64,000 nt of DNA, from the NCBI GenBank assembly GCA_038087875.1, contig CM075995.1, positions 1,304,001 to 1,368,000 of the forward strand, given 5' to 3'. The stretch is from Malacoraja senta. Its lineage: Eukaryota. The position numbers and the translations under genes were made by a program. Below the pieces are notes generated by a model. That model was not told where the DNA came from. It saw only the letters and a program-made list of their open reading frames with translations, and made no database searches. Below are positions 22,975 to 35,507 of this stretch, piece after piece. Position 1 is the first letter of the stretch. Every line of letters begins with the position of its first letter.

Positions 22975-25330
22975 GGCACTGGGGGAGCTGCACGCCGTGG
23001 TCAACAAGTACCAGACGGCTTACCCCGAGGCGTTTGCCACCATTGCCGGTGACTTCAACAAAGCCAACCTGAAGAAATTGCTCCCTAACTTCTACCAACA
23101 TGTCTCCTGCCGCACCAGAGGATCAAACACCCTCGACCATTGCTACACGACCATCAAAGACGTCTATCGCTCTATCCCTCGCCCTCACTTCAGAAAATCC
23201 GACCATTCAACGGTGCTGCTTCTTCCTGAATAAAGGCAGCAACTGAAGAAGTGAGGACTGTACAGAGCTGGTCGGGGGAGGCAGAGGAACAACTCCAGGA
23301 CTGCATGGAGTCTGTAGACTGGGCAATGTTCAAGGACTCGGCAACGGCCCTGAATGAATACGCCACAGTGGTTACAGACTTCCTAAGGAAATGTGTGGAG
23401 GACTGCATTCCAAAAAAACCTTCTGAGTGTTGTCTAATCAGAAGCCTTGGATGAACCATGAGATCCGCACTCTTCTGAAAACCTGATCCTGGGCATTCAG
23501 GTCTGGCGATGCAGAAGTCTATAAGAAGTCCAGATACAACCTTGGTAAGGCCATCAAAAAGGCCAAAAGGGACTTCTGCTCTAAGCTGGAGGATGAGACG
23601 GATGTTCGGCAACTGTGGCAGGGCTTAAATGCCATCACCTCCTACAAGGCAAAATCAGGAGGCAGCTCAAACGACAGCGAAGCATCACTCCCTGACAAGC
23701 TCAATGCGTTCTACGCACGGTTCGATAGGGAGAACACTGATGTGCCTTCCCGAGCTCCCATTTGCCCTGACGGTATTAATGTCACAGTCACAATGTCGAT
23801 GTTAGAAGATCCTTCAGGGGGGTGAACCCTCAGAAAGCACCTGGACCTGATGGTATACCCAGTCAAGTTCTCAAGATCTGTGCAGACCAACTGGCGGGAG
23901 TCTTTGCAGACATTTTCAACCTCTCACTTCTGAGGTCTGAGGTACCCACGTGCTTTATGAGGGCATCAATAATACCAGTGCCGAAGAAGAGTAAGGTGAC
24001 GTGCCTCAATGACTATCGACCAGTGGCACTAACGTCTGTGGTGATGAAGTGCTTTGAGAGGTTGGTTATGGTGCACATCAACTCCAACCTCGACAAGAAC
24101 CTCGACCCACTGCAGTTCGCTTACCGCCACAACTGGTCAATGGAGGATGCAATTTCACTGGCTCTCCACTTCGCATTGGACCACTTGGACAATAAAAACA
24201 CTTACGTCAGGCTGTTGTTTATAGACTACAGTTTGGCGTTTAATACCATCATCCCTTCCAAGCTGGTTACCAAGCTCACGCATCCCTTGCAATTGGATCC
24301 TCGACTTCCTCATCCACAGACCACAGTCTGTTCGAATTGGCGGAAACACTTCATCCTCAGTAACAATTAGTAAGGGAGCACCTCAAGGCTGCGTGCTCAG
24401 CCCCCTGCTTTACTCACTCTATACCCATGACTGCGTAGCCGGACATAGTGTAAACTCCATCATCAAGTTCGCCGACGACACCACTGTTGTTGGACGAATC
24501 ACAGATGGGGATGAGTCAGAGTATAGAAGTGAGATCGACCAACTGACCAAATGGTGCCAGCACAACAACCTGTCTCTCAACATCAGTAAGACCAAGGAAC
24601 TGATTGTGGACTTTGGTAGGGGAAGGATGAGGACCCATAATCCTGTTCACATCAATGGGACGATGGTGGAGGGGGTCAAAAACGTCAAATTCCTGTGCAT
24701 GCATATTTCCGAAGATCTTTCCTGGACCCAGCACACCGATGCAATTATAAAGAAGGCACAACAGCGACTCTACTTCCTGAGAAGATTACGGAGATTCGGC
24801 ATGTCAAAGAGGATTCTCCTAAACTTCTACAGGTGCACGGTAGAGAACATTCTGACTGGTTGTATCGTGGCCTGGTTCGGCAACTTGAACGTCCAGGAGC
24901 GGAAAAGTCTACAAAAAGTTGTGACCACTGCCCAGTCCATCACCGGCTTTGACCTCCTCACTGTTGAAGGGATCTATTGTAGTCACTGCCTCAAAAAGGC
25001 AGCCAAAATCATCAAAGCCCCACACTCATTTCACCATTGCCATCAGGAAGAGGGTACAGGAGCCTGAAAACTGTAACATGCATGTTCAGGAACAGCTTCT
25101 TCCCTACAGCCATCAGGCTATTAAACACAACAACAAATAAGCTCTGAGCTCTGAACTGCAAATGACTATATTATTATTGCACTATATTTGTTATTTATTG
25201 AAAAAAAAAATTCTCTTCCCCCGTTATATACTATGTTTACATATTCACATATTCTGTGGTGCTGCAGCAAGTAAGAATGTCATTGTCCCATCTGGGACAT
25301 ATGACAATAAAACACTCTTGACTCTTGATG
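22975..25330 (+). mobile_element. Rex1/Babar-clade LINE, 5' truncated, with stops and frameshifts
   Basis: APE end (IAGDFNKANL...TLDHCYT...SDH) and RT motifs [51 protein letters not shown]. Tail is a hairpin plus TGACAATAAAACACTCTTGACTCTTGA. Confidence 0.88.
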
Positions 25331-26887
25331 CCCCCAAAAACCAACATGTAGCTATTCGGAGGAACTCGTCCAATTTCATTTTGAATTCTTGGGGCATGTC
25401 AGCTCTTTACACTTTCCAATAAACTGTTCCAGACGTCTGTGATTGTGATAAGATTTTTTTGGGCATTTTTCTTATTCCCTGTTTAACAGTAACGCCCATT
25501 TTCCTTAACTTATTTGAATCAATTAGCCTTTCTACGTAGATCAGATCCAATTCTAACATTTTAAAGACCCCAGTTTCCAAAGTAACTTTTAAGTGATTCT
25601 CTCGTTCCCGATCAAAATATAATTATAATGCATTCGGCTCTTGTAATGCAATCAGTGTTCCCTTATTCATGACTCGTGTTATGGAATAGTGCATTTTAGC
25701 AGAGCAGTACTAGAGAAATTAAAGGGATTAAAAGGAGACAAATTCTGATCACTTGATAGTCTGCATCCCATTGTAAGATATATGTCTACAGAGATACTTG
25801 ATCTATTTAGTCACGTATATGTTCATGTTATCAGAGCAGAATTGGGTCATTTGGCCCATCAAGCCTACGTCTGAAGAAGGGTTTCGTCCCGAAACATTGC
25901 CTATTTCCTTCGCTCCATAGATGCTGCTGCACCTGCTGAGTTTCTCCAGCATTTTTGTGCACCTTCGCCATTCAATTGTGGCTGATCTATCTTTCAATCT
26001 CAATGCCATTTTCATGTCTATTCTCAATAACCACTGACAATGTTCTATCCATGTCCCACGTCCTATCCAAATTCTGTAGAATCTGAAATAAGTGTGTACA
26101 CTGCTCTTTATAAAGAATGGGGCAGAGAAATGGCAAGGAGTAAACTACAGGTAGTTCTACTATAATGCAAGTTTCCATATCACAAATTAGATATAATGCG
26201 AGCAATGAATTTTGGAACATTTTGCATAATGCTGGCCTCATTGATTATAGCAAGGTTTCGATCAGGATTTGCACTTATAAGTTACTTTGGAAATTGACAA
26301 GCAGAAGAAAAATACAGAAAAAGTCTAAATGAAAATAATATTGTTTCTGTGCAACCGCTCACCACAGCAATCAGATACCATTGCCTCTTAAGAACACAGT
26401 CTGTCAGTTTCACCGCAGTGACCATTGAAATTGATAAGCCGAAACGTCATCCATTCCTACTCTCCAGAGATGCTGCCTGTCCCGCTGAGTTACTTTGACA
26501 TTTTGTGTCTGTCTTTGATTTTAACCAGCATCTGTAGTTCCTTTCTGCACAGAAATTGATAAACAATTAGTTCCATTGACACTTGTGCAATGATGCTGTA
26601 TTAAACAGTGCAACATAAGGCCTTTGCTATTTTCAGCTTGCAATAACAAAAATAATTTTAAAGCTATTGGCAAGACCTTTTTGTTTTTGAAAATCCTGCA
26701 GGGGGATAAAAAAAGTCATAAGTTCATGTCATAGGAGCAGAACTAGATCATTAACCCATCGAGTCTACTCCACCATTGTCATGGCTGATCTATCTTTCCC
26801 TCCCCGCCCCAGTCTCCTGCCTTCTTCCCATAACCGTTGACACCTACTGATCAAGAACCTTTCAATCTCCGCTTTAAAAATACCTAA

Positions 26888-27657
26888 TGATTAGATTTTA
26901 TTCCTTGTCATTTGAACCTCAAAGAGGCTCAAACAAAACTCCGTTTCCACAGCCATACAAACAAAACAATTCCTACACGACACACAAACAATTCAATTTA
27001 CAGAAAACATCTATCACAGTGAATCTCCTCACTGTGATGGAAGGCAAAGTCTTTTCTCTCCCCTGCACCATTTTTCTCCCGATGTTGAAGCCCCAGGCGG
27101 GCAATGTTAAGTCCCACGGCCGAGCCCAAAAGTCACAAAGTTGGAGCCCCCGGCGGGCGCTGGAATGTCCCGCAGCCATTAAAGCCGCGCCGGGCGATTT
27201 ACGGCCCCGCTCCGGGCCGTTCCAACCCCGCGACACGGGCGGGAGAAGTTGCGTTGCGGGAGCTCCGGAAAGCGGTCTCTCACCCGGACCCGCGAGCTCC
27301 CGATATCATAGTCCACGGGTCTGCAGCTGGAGCTGGAGCTCCGGAGTCAGGCCGCAGCAACGAGCCACCACCACTCTCCCACGCTCCGAGGACGGCCAGC
27401 CCCACGATGGTAAGTCCGCAACTCCACAGGCTCCGCGACTGGAGCCCCCAGGTCGTCCCGGTCGGAGGCCGCTTCACGGAGCTAGGCCCCAACGACAACG
27501 GAGACCCGACAGGGAAAAGGTCGGGTCTCCCGTACAGGGAAGAGATTTTAAAAGTTTCCCCCTCCCCCCCCCCCCGCCGCCCCCCACATATACACAATTA
27601 AAAACAGTACAAAAAAACACAAACAACTACATTTAACTAGACAAAAAAAAAAAGAAA
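26888..27657 (-). mobile_element. GC-rich non-coding retroelement with a Rex1-like tail (family also at 39634-40335 and 60040-60845)
   Basis: Interrupts a CR1 fragment. Shares the stem TCCATCACAGTGA...TCACTGTG and the motif GGACTTACCATCG with the other copies. Confidence 0.6.
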
Positions 27658-29233
27658 AGGTCTTGGCCTCTGCAACCCTGTGGCAAAGAATTTCCTAGAT
27701 TCGACACCTGACGAAATAAATTCCTGCTCATCTTGTTTCTAAAAGTAGGTCCTTTTATTCTAAGGCTGTGACCTCTGGTCCTAGACTCTCCATATATACA
27801 TATCTTCATACATATATATATACATACATACATATCTTCATATGTCATAGGGTGTCCAGCACCTCATTGACTAATATGGAGTGTCCTCAAGACATCTCCC
27901 TTAACCTTCCCAAGTCTAATTGTCTTTTCTGCCTTATTAAACAGGAGAAATATTAATTGTGTTATTTTCTACATCACAAGGTTTCTTCAGAACTATGGCA
28001 TTACAGCAGAACTACTTGTATTTTTAAGATAGGTAGGGGATGGTGGTAATGGCAAACTAGAGGGAAGAAGACACCACTGATTGGAGCAATACCAAGGCAA
28101 AGGAAAATGTTAAAGCTTATTGGAGGCCAATCTTCTGGATCATTTCATAGAACAATGAACAGTACAGCAGAGCAGATGGCCAGGCCCTTCGGCCCACAAT
28201 GTTTGTGCCGAACATGATGCCAAGATCAATCTTATCTGCAGGCACACAATCCATATTCCTCCATTCCCTGCATGTTCACATGCTTATGCAAATGTCTTAA
28301 ATACCACCTTCGTATCTACCTTTACCACCACCCCTGCAGCATGTTCCAAGCATTCACCGCCCTCAATGAAAAAACAAAAATAACTTGCTTCTCATATTTC
28401 CATTAAACTTTACCTTTCAAAGTTATATGGCCTCTTGTCATTCCATCCTGGAAAGTATTTTACTTTTCCATTTTATAATCACAGCATCAGCATTCTCTTG
28501 GTTACCATTGAATGGGAAATTAAAGTGGGACTCTGTTAAGTAAATACACTGGCAATAAGTGCAGGTTGGAGCTTGGTGTGCAGTATGTCTGCACTCCTAA
28601 ATCCTTAAATAATTTTGGTCCTCCACAAAACATGTTGTGAGAAATAAAGAGCACATCTCCAATAATACTTTTGAAGGTGGTTTGAAAATATACTCTTTTC
28701 ATCACCGTAAAAGTTAACCTCTTCCATCATGACCATAGTCTATCTACACTGTCTACATTTTGCACTGGACCAGCTTTAAAGCATGTGATTGTACGAATGT
28801 GCACCAATAGGATTTTTGATTTCAGTATTTCACCTCTGCCGAAATATAAAGATAGCAAGTGCATGGGAACATTTTCATTTAAGTTTCCTTCTAAGTTATA
28901 GACCACTTTTTTGGTAATATATCACCATTTCTCCATTGTCACTGAGTGAAAATACTGAAAGTAACAAATACTGATCGTTGCACATTGATATGATCACAAA
29001 CCATTCAAATAGGTAGTTTAATCAACTTTTGCATGTTGAATTTGCACATAAAGGATGTTTTTGTGATTGTATTTATGGTGTTGCTACAACTGATATTATT
29101 AATAGATTATCTTTTTAATGTTAATGTGACCAGAAATAGAAAATTATCTATGTACATTCGGGGGCATTTACTATAACGATTTGAAATTTTGAGTTTAATT
29201 ATTGTTTTCATTACTTTAAAAAAATATTTGCAG

Positions 29234-29346
29234 TGTTATTCCTGGAACACAGAAAATTTGGGTGAAGACTTGGGGTTGTTCACATAATAATTCAGATGGC
29301 GAATACATGGCAGGTCAACTAGCCGCCTACGGGTACAAAATCACAG
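29234..29346 (+). CDS. CDKAL1: CDKAL1 second coding exon (start of the UPF0004/MTTase N-terminal domain)
   Basis: 113-nt exon between tttgcag| and |gtaaat, in frame with the previous exon (AG+T = Ser). Encodes [37 protein letters not shown] with the Fe-S-ligating TWGCxxN motif. Confidence 0.96.
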
Positions 29347-30116
29347 GTAAATATCAAATAAAGTACATTCTATAATACTCATAATTACGGAATTTAATCT
29401 TAGCAATGTAAACATTGGTTTCTGGTGGTATCTTAAGTTTCCTTTGAAACTACTTCAAAATTGGATTACTGACCAGAATCACTACTTGATAGCTTATGTT
29501 AATTGCTATGTTTTGCAAAGTGTTTTGTCACTGTTTGACTGTGTTCTTCCTGACTCTTTTAAAATAGAATTTTTAAGTTACAGAGAAATTCAGCTTTGTA
29601 AAGTTCTTGATCATCAATAAGAATGGTAGTAATGTAAGAATAAGTTGACACAATTTTTACATTATGTATATCGTCTAGTTTTAACAGTGCTGCAAATAAG
29701 TTGTGCCATTTGTTTTTTATCCCAGCCACTTATAGTTTATGGTGTAGAAAGATGTTCCCTTTGATCTAGCATTTTCTACCAGTACACTACATTATTGTCT
29801 ACCTGTATACTACAATATTGTTCCCATACACTACATTATTGTCAACCAGTTTGATCATTATTATCGAAGATAGTCCCAAAAGGTGAGAGGTCAGGAATAG
29901 GTGATGTTTTGGGTTGAGACACTTCTTTAGTCTGAAGGAATGGGTGACGTTTCGGGTTGAGACGCTTCTTTAGTATCCAGCGATGCTGCCTGTCCTGCTG
30001 AGTTACTCCAGCATTTTGTGTCTACCTTCGGTGTAAACTAGCATCTGCAATTCCTTCCTACCAATAATTATTATCACTCAGAATACTACATAATTGTCTG
30101 CTAGTGTATCACATTA

Positions 30117-31705
30117 GAACATAGAACAGTACAGCACAAGAATAGGCCCTTCGGCCCATAATGTCTGTGCCGAACAGGATACCAAGATCATCTCTTATCT
30201 ACCTGAGCATAATACATATCCCTCCCCCCCCCCCCCCCCCATTTCCTGCATATCTTTATGCCTACATGTAAATGTTACTTAAATGTTACTATTGTATCTG
30301 CCTCGACCACCAACTGCAGTGCAATCCAGGCTTTCACCACCCTCTGTGTAAAAAAAAAAGTTGCTCCACATATATCCTTTAAACTTTGTTTCTCTCACAT
30401 TAAAGCTATGGGCTCTAGTATTTTATTTATCCATCTTGGGTAAAAGGTTCTGACTGCCTATCCTATCTGCCTCTCATAACTTTATATACTTCTATCAGGT
30501 CTTCCAGCAATCTCCATCATTCCAGGGAAAATAATCCAAGTCTGTCCAAGCTCTCCCTGCAGCTAATAGCCTCTGATCCAGGCATCATTCTGGTAAACCT
30601 CCTCTGCATCCTTTCCAAAGCCTCCTTCCTGAAATGGGGTGACCATAACTACGCACAATACACCAAATGTGGCCTAACCAAGTCGAAAAGCTGCATCATG
30701 ACTTTCCAACTCTTATACCCTATGCCCCTAAACACACCATATGCATTCTTTACGACTCTATCCATTTGTGTTGTCACTTTCGGGAAGTTGTAGACTTGGG
30801 CTCCAAGATCACTCTGTACATCATTGCTGTTAAAATTCATGCCATTAGTTGTATTTTTTGCCCTCTCGTTTGACCTCCCAAAGTACAACACCTCATACTT
30901 CATTGGATTAAACTCCATCTGCCATTTCTCCATCCATTTCTGTAGCCCGATCTATATCCCGCTGCATACCTTGACAGTCTTCCTCATATTGTTCGATCGT
31001 CCATGTTTACATTCAAGTTATTTATATATATATATATCACAAACAGGTGAGGCCCCAGCACAGATTCCTGTGGAACTCCACAGGTCACATATCTCCAGCC
31101 TGCATATTGTCCTTCCACCACAACCCCGTGTCTTCTATCAGTAAGCCAGTTCTGAATTCATACGACCGAGTCACTATTAATCCCGTGCATTTTATTCTTC
31201 TGGATCGGCCAACCATGGGGGACTTCATCAAATGCCTTGCTAAAACAACATCCATGTAGACAGCTTCCACCGCCCTACCCTCATCGATCACCCTCGTCAC
31301 CTCAAAAAATAAAATCAAGTTAGTAAGACACAATCTTCTGTGTACAAAGCCCATGCTAACTACCCCTAATTAACCCATTCTCTTCCAAATGGAAGTAAAT
31401 CCTATCCCGAAGAATCCTCTCCCAATCCCAATAGCATCCCTATCACTGACATGAGGTTTGCCGGCCTATAATTCCCTCGATTCTCTCTACTTTTCTTAAA
31501 TAAAGGAACAACATTAGCTGCTCTCCAGTCCTCTGGGCCTCGCCTGCGGCTAGAGATGATGCAAAGATCTTCATCTGGCTCCTGCAATCCCCTCTTGGCT
31601 CTTCAATACCTGGCATAAATCCCATCAAGTCCTGGATTGTATCCGCCTTAAAGCTCCATAAGAGCCCCAATATCTCCTCCTCCTCATTCTCAAACTGCCC
31701 TTGTA
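30117..31705 (-). mobile_element. Degenerate CR1 LINE (RT region to 3' tail)
   Basis: Minus-strand fragments EDWRAANVVPLFKK...GNYRP, LCLTNLILFFEVTRVIDEGRAVEAVYMD, EKWQMEFNPMKYEVLYFG and LVRPHL. Confidence 0.85.
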
Positions 31706-32164
31706 TATTAGTATGTGTAGGAAAGAACTGCAGACGCTGGTTTGCACCGAAGATAGACACAAAATGCTGGAGTAACCCAGCAGGACTGAAGAGTCTGAAG
31801 AAGGGTCTCGACCCGAAACGTCACCCATTCCGTCTCTCCAGAGATGCTGCCTATCCCGCTGAGTTACTCCAGCATTTTGTGTCTATCTTATGCATATTAG
31901 TATTTTGCATACTGATCTCCATATCCTTCTTCTTGGGTTATTAGATTGTTTTTGCTGTTGCCTAATCTTTTTGACATAATCTGATTCAGAGATTAACTTA
32001 ATCTCCACCCATACAACAGTTTTCCCCCCCAAAATAATTGCGTTTGAATTGTCACAATAAATACATGGTCAAGATTGGAGACCATGGACTGAATGTACTT
32101 AGAGCAGAATGGATACAAAATTGGCTAAGTAGCAAATGAGGAGTTAAGGTGGGGGGTTGCTATG

Positions 32165-33098
32165 CAAGGATGCGTACTCAGCCCCTTCTTTACTCCTTAT
32201 ATACCCACAACTGTGCAGCCAAGTACAAATCCAATTTACAAATTCAAAGATGACACCAATGTAGTGGGCTGGATATCAAGTAATGACGAGGCAGACTACA
32301 GGAAGGAGATTGAGAACGTTGTAACCTGATGTCAAGACAACAACCTTTCACTCAATGTCAGCAAGACAAAGGAGATAGTGATGGACTTCAGGAAGTGAAG
32401 TACATACATTGACGGTGCCAAAGTAGAGTTGGTTAAAAGCTTCAAGTTCCAAGGAGTAATTATCACAAGCAACTTGTCCTGGACTAACCATATCAAAACA
32501 ATGGCCAAGAATGCACACCGACACCTCTACTTTCTTAGCAGGCTTGGGAAGGCCAAAGTGTCCCCAACAACTGTCACCAACTTCTTCAAATGCACCCTAG
32601 AAAGCATTTTATCGGGCTGCATCGCAACATGGTTTGGGAACATCTCCATCCAAGACCGCAAGAAATTGCAGAGAATTGTGGACGCAGCCCAGACCATCAC
32701 ACAAACCAACCTCTCTTCCATTGACCATCTACACCACGTGCCTCGGCAAGGCCACAGCCTAATCAAAGACGAGTCTCTCACCCCGTTCACTCCCTCTTCT
32801 CCTCTCTCCCATCAGGCAAGAGGTGCAGAAGTGTGAAAACGCACACCTGCAGATTCAGGGACAGTTCCTTCCCAGCTGTCATCAGGCAACTGAACCATCC
32901 TATCAACAACTAGGGAGCGATCCTGAGCTACCATCTACCTCATGGGAGACCTTTCGATTAACATTAATCGAACTTTACTGGACTTTATTTTGCATTAAAT
33001 GTTATTCGCTTTCTCCTGGACGATTTAATTGTAATCGTATAGTCTTCCTGCTGACTGGATAGCACGCAACTTGGTACAAGTGACAATAAACTAAACTG
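32165..33098 (+). mobile_element. Second, more decayed Rex1-like LINE 3' fragment
   Basis: [11 protein letters not shown] start and VKSFKFQGVIITSNLSWTNH...HLYFLSRL...ESILSGCIATWFGN; tail TGACAATAAACTAAAC. Confidence 0.8.
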
Positions 33099-35507
33099 GA
33101 AGGATGTCATTATGCTGGAAAGAATGCAGAGCTTTACGAGGATGTTGCCATGATTTAAGAGGCTGAGCTATAGGAAGAGGTTGGGCAGGCTACGACTATT
33201 TCTTGGAGTGCAGGAGGATGAGGAATGATTGTACAGAGATGTACAAAATCATGAGAAAAATAGATCGTGTGAATGCACAGTCTTTATCCTAGGGCTGGGG
33301 AATCAGGAAAGCCCATAGTTTAATGTGAGATGGGAAGATTAAATACGACCCTGAAGGGCAAATTTGTCACCTAGAGGGTAGTGGCTATATGGAACAAGCT
33401 GCCAGAGGAGGTAATTGAGGCAGGTACTATAATAGCATTTAAAAGACTCTGGTTCAGGTACATGGATAGGAAAGATTTAGAGGGATATTGGGCCAAATGC
33501 GGGTGGATGTTGGGCCAGGACCGGGCCCGGCTGCTGACTGATCGAGGAGAAGAGAGACATCGGTGAGCGAGCTGGGCTGTCGGCAAGAGTGGAAGGCTGT
33601 CGGAGAGACTTCGCCCACTTGAGTGCCGGCGGTCGGCTGAGGATGGACCCGTGTGAGGCCCGGCGGTCGGTGGTGGACCCGCTGTCGAGAACAAGGAGGA
33701 ACCCAGGGGGGGGGGGCGCCGAGAACAAAGAGGGACCCGGCGTGGAAGGTTGGGGAGATGAAAGCGGGACTATATTGAATATTCTTGTAACTTTGTTGGC
33801 ACCCTTTAGGTGGCGACTCTTACATACTAGTGCTGAAGGCAAACAAAGAATCTCACTATACCTACACGTGACAATAGAGTATCATTCAATCAAATGGGAC
33901 TATCATAGATGGGGCATCTTGATTGACCTACAAATTGGGCTGAAGGCCTCTTCATGCTGTACGACTAAGTGACAGCAAAATTAGAAAACTTTCCACAAGT
34001 ACATGCCCTGCACAGCACTCTTCTCCTTTGTGTGTCATTCCATTGGCATTATCCGTTTACTGAGGCAACAAATGAACGTTTTACTCCCTTCTGTTACAAT
34101 TAGAAGAACATCCTGGTTTAATCGTATTAGTTATAATCACCGCCAAGCAACCATCAGAAAAGGTTGCAAAAGCAATTACTACTCTCAAAAGGGTACGATG
34201 TGAAGCAAACCACCTTATAAACAAAAAATTAAACTGAATAGGTAGTCACAATGAAACTATGTGAATGGCATACTCAAAATCTTGGACGCATGACAGCCAA
34301 CGCCAGCCAGGAGAGTTCTATATTTAACATTTTATAACCAACCCACATGCTTCAACTTTTCAATTTAATCATTTCATTACCAGAGCTTGACCCACAAATG
34401 GCTCCCAGATTCCTTCATCTTTTTTTCTTGCATTTTCAGCTGAATCTTTTCATTCCCAGTCAATGAAGCAGAGTAGGTTTCAGAGTAGGTGGTCAGAGCA
34501 AGACCACTCCCCACCCCATCCCACCACCACCACCACCAACAGCTGATAAAATTTATAACTGGGTTTATTTTCAAGCTGCCAGTCTGATAACAAACAGATG
34601 CTGGGTCAGTCCAACGTAAGCACTTAAAGACACAAGGAGCCCGTTGTCAATGAGAACATGCAAAGGCAAGTTAGAAACGGCACTGTAATGCCATTTCGCC
34701 ATACACTGGTCTCACATTCACCATTCAAGTACATTGTAGGTTAAAATAATCCTGTAATCAAATGCTGCAACAGGATAGCTCACAATGTTGTCACATATCC
34801 CTGACGATGAAGTCAATCCTTGGCTGCATTTTAAAACTGAGATTCCTTTTTGTAACAAATTAACTTTCTCTGTATTCAGGTTAACAAACCAAAATCTACC
34901 TAGTTGATCTTGGCCAAGAATGAATATCTTTAGAATAACTTAAGTGCTCACAAAGCCGACACAGTTGCTTGGTTCTAAATTATGAACATATCTCTCTTCA
35001 TTTTCACTTTTATCATGTTTTTATTCAAAGCTCAGGCTTTGAAAATCCGTCCTATTCCTCTTAAAAAGAATGCCCCAAAATGCCATCAAAGCAATGCATT
35101 TTTTAACCTTTTGCTTTTCATTTACCATTACCATTGGGGTAGTACAGTGGTGCAGCGGTAGAGTTGATGTCTGTACAGAGTTGTAAGTTCTCCCTTGAGT
35201 TCCTCTGGGTGCTCCAGTTTCCTCCCATACTCTAAAGATGTGCATGTTTGTAGGTTAATTGGCTTCTGTAAATTGTTAAGTGTCCATAGTATGTAGGTCA
35301 GCATGGACTTGGTGGGCCGAAGGGCCTGCTTCGATTCTGTATCTCCAAAGTAAAGTAAATTTAACCTACCAATTTTTGTTCCAATCCATGCGAACCAGAC
35401 AAATTTGCAAATTTTGTTGCTTTTTTCCCTTAGTTTGAATTTTCTTTTTTCACATTAACTCTATAAGAGCGATTTAAAAACATTTTTATCTCCAATATAA
35501 TGTTTAA

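Noticed and set aside
26887..27636. 249-aa ORF and overlapping ORFs
   Set aside because: Stop-poor GC-rich repeat; the reading frame is not shared with related copies at 39.6k and 60k.
27980..28032. Possible small exon (aag|...|gtaggg)
   Set aside because: Weak sites, no CDKAL1 similarity, and the two flanking exons already join in frame.
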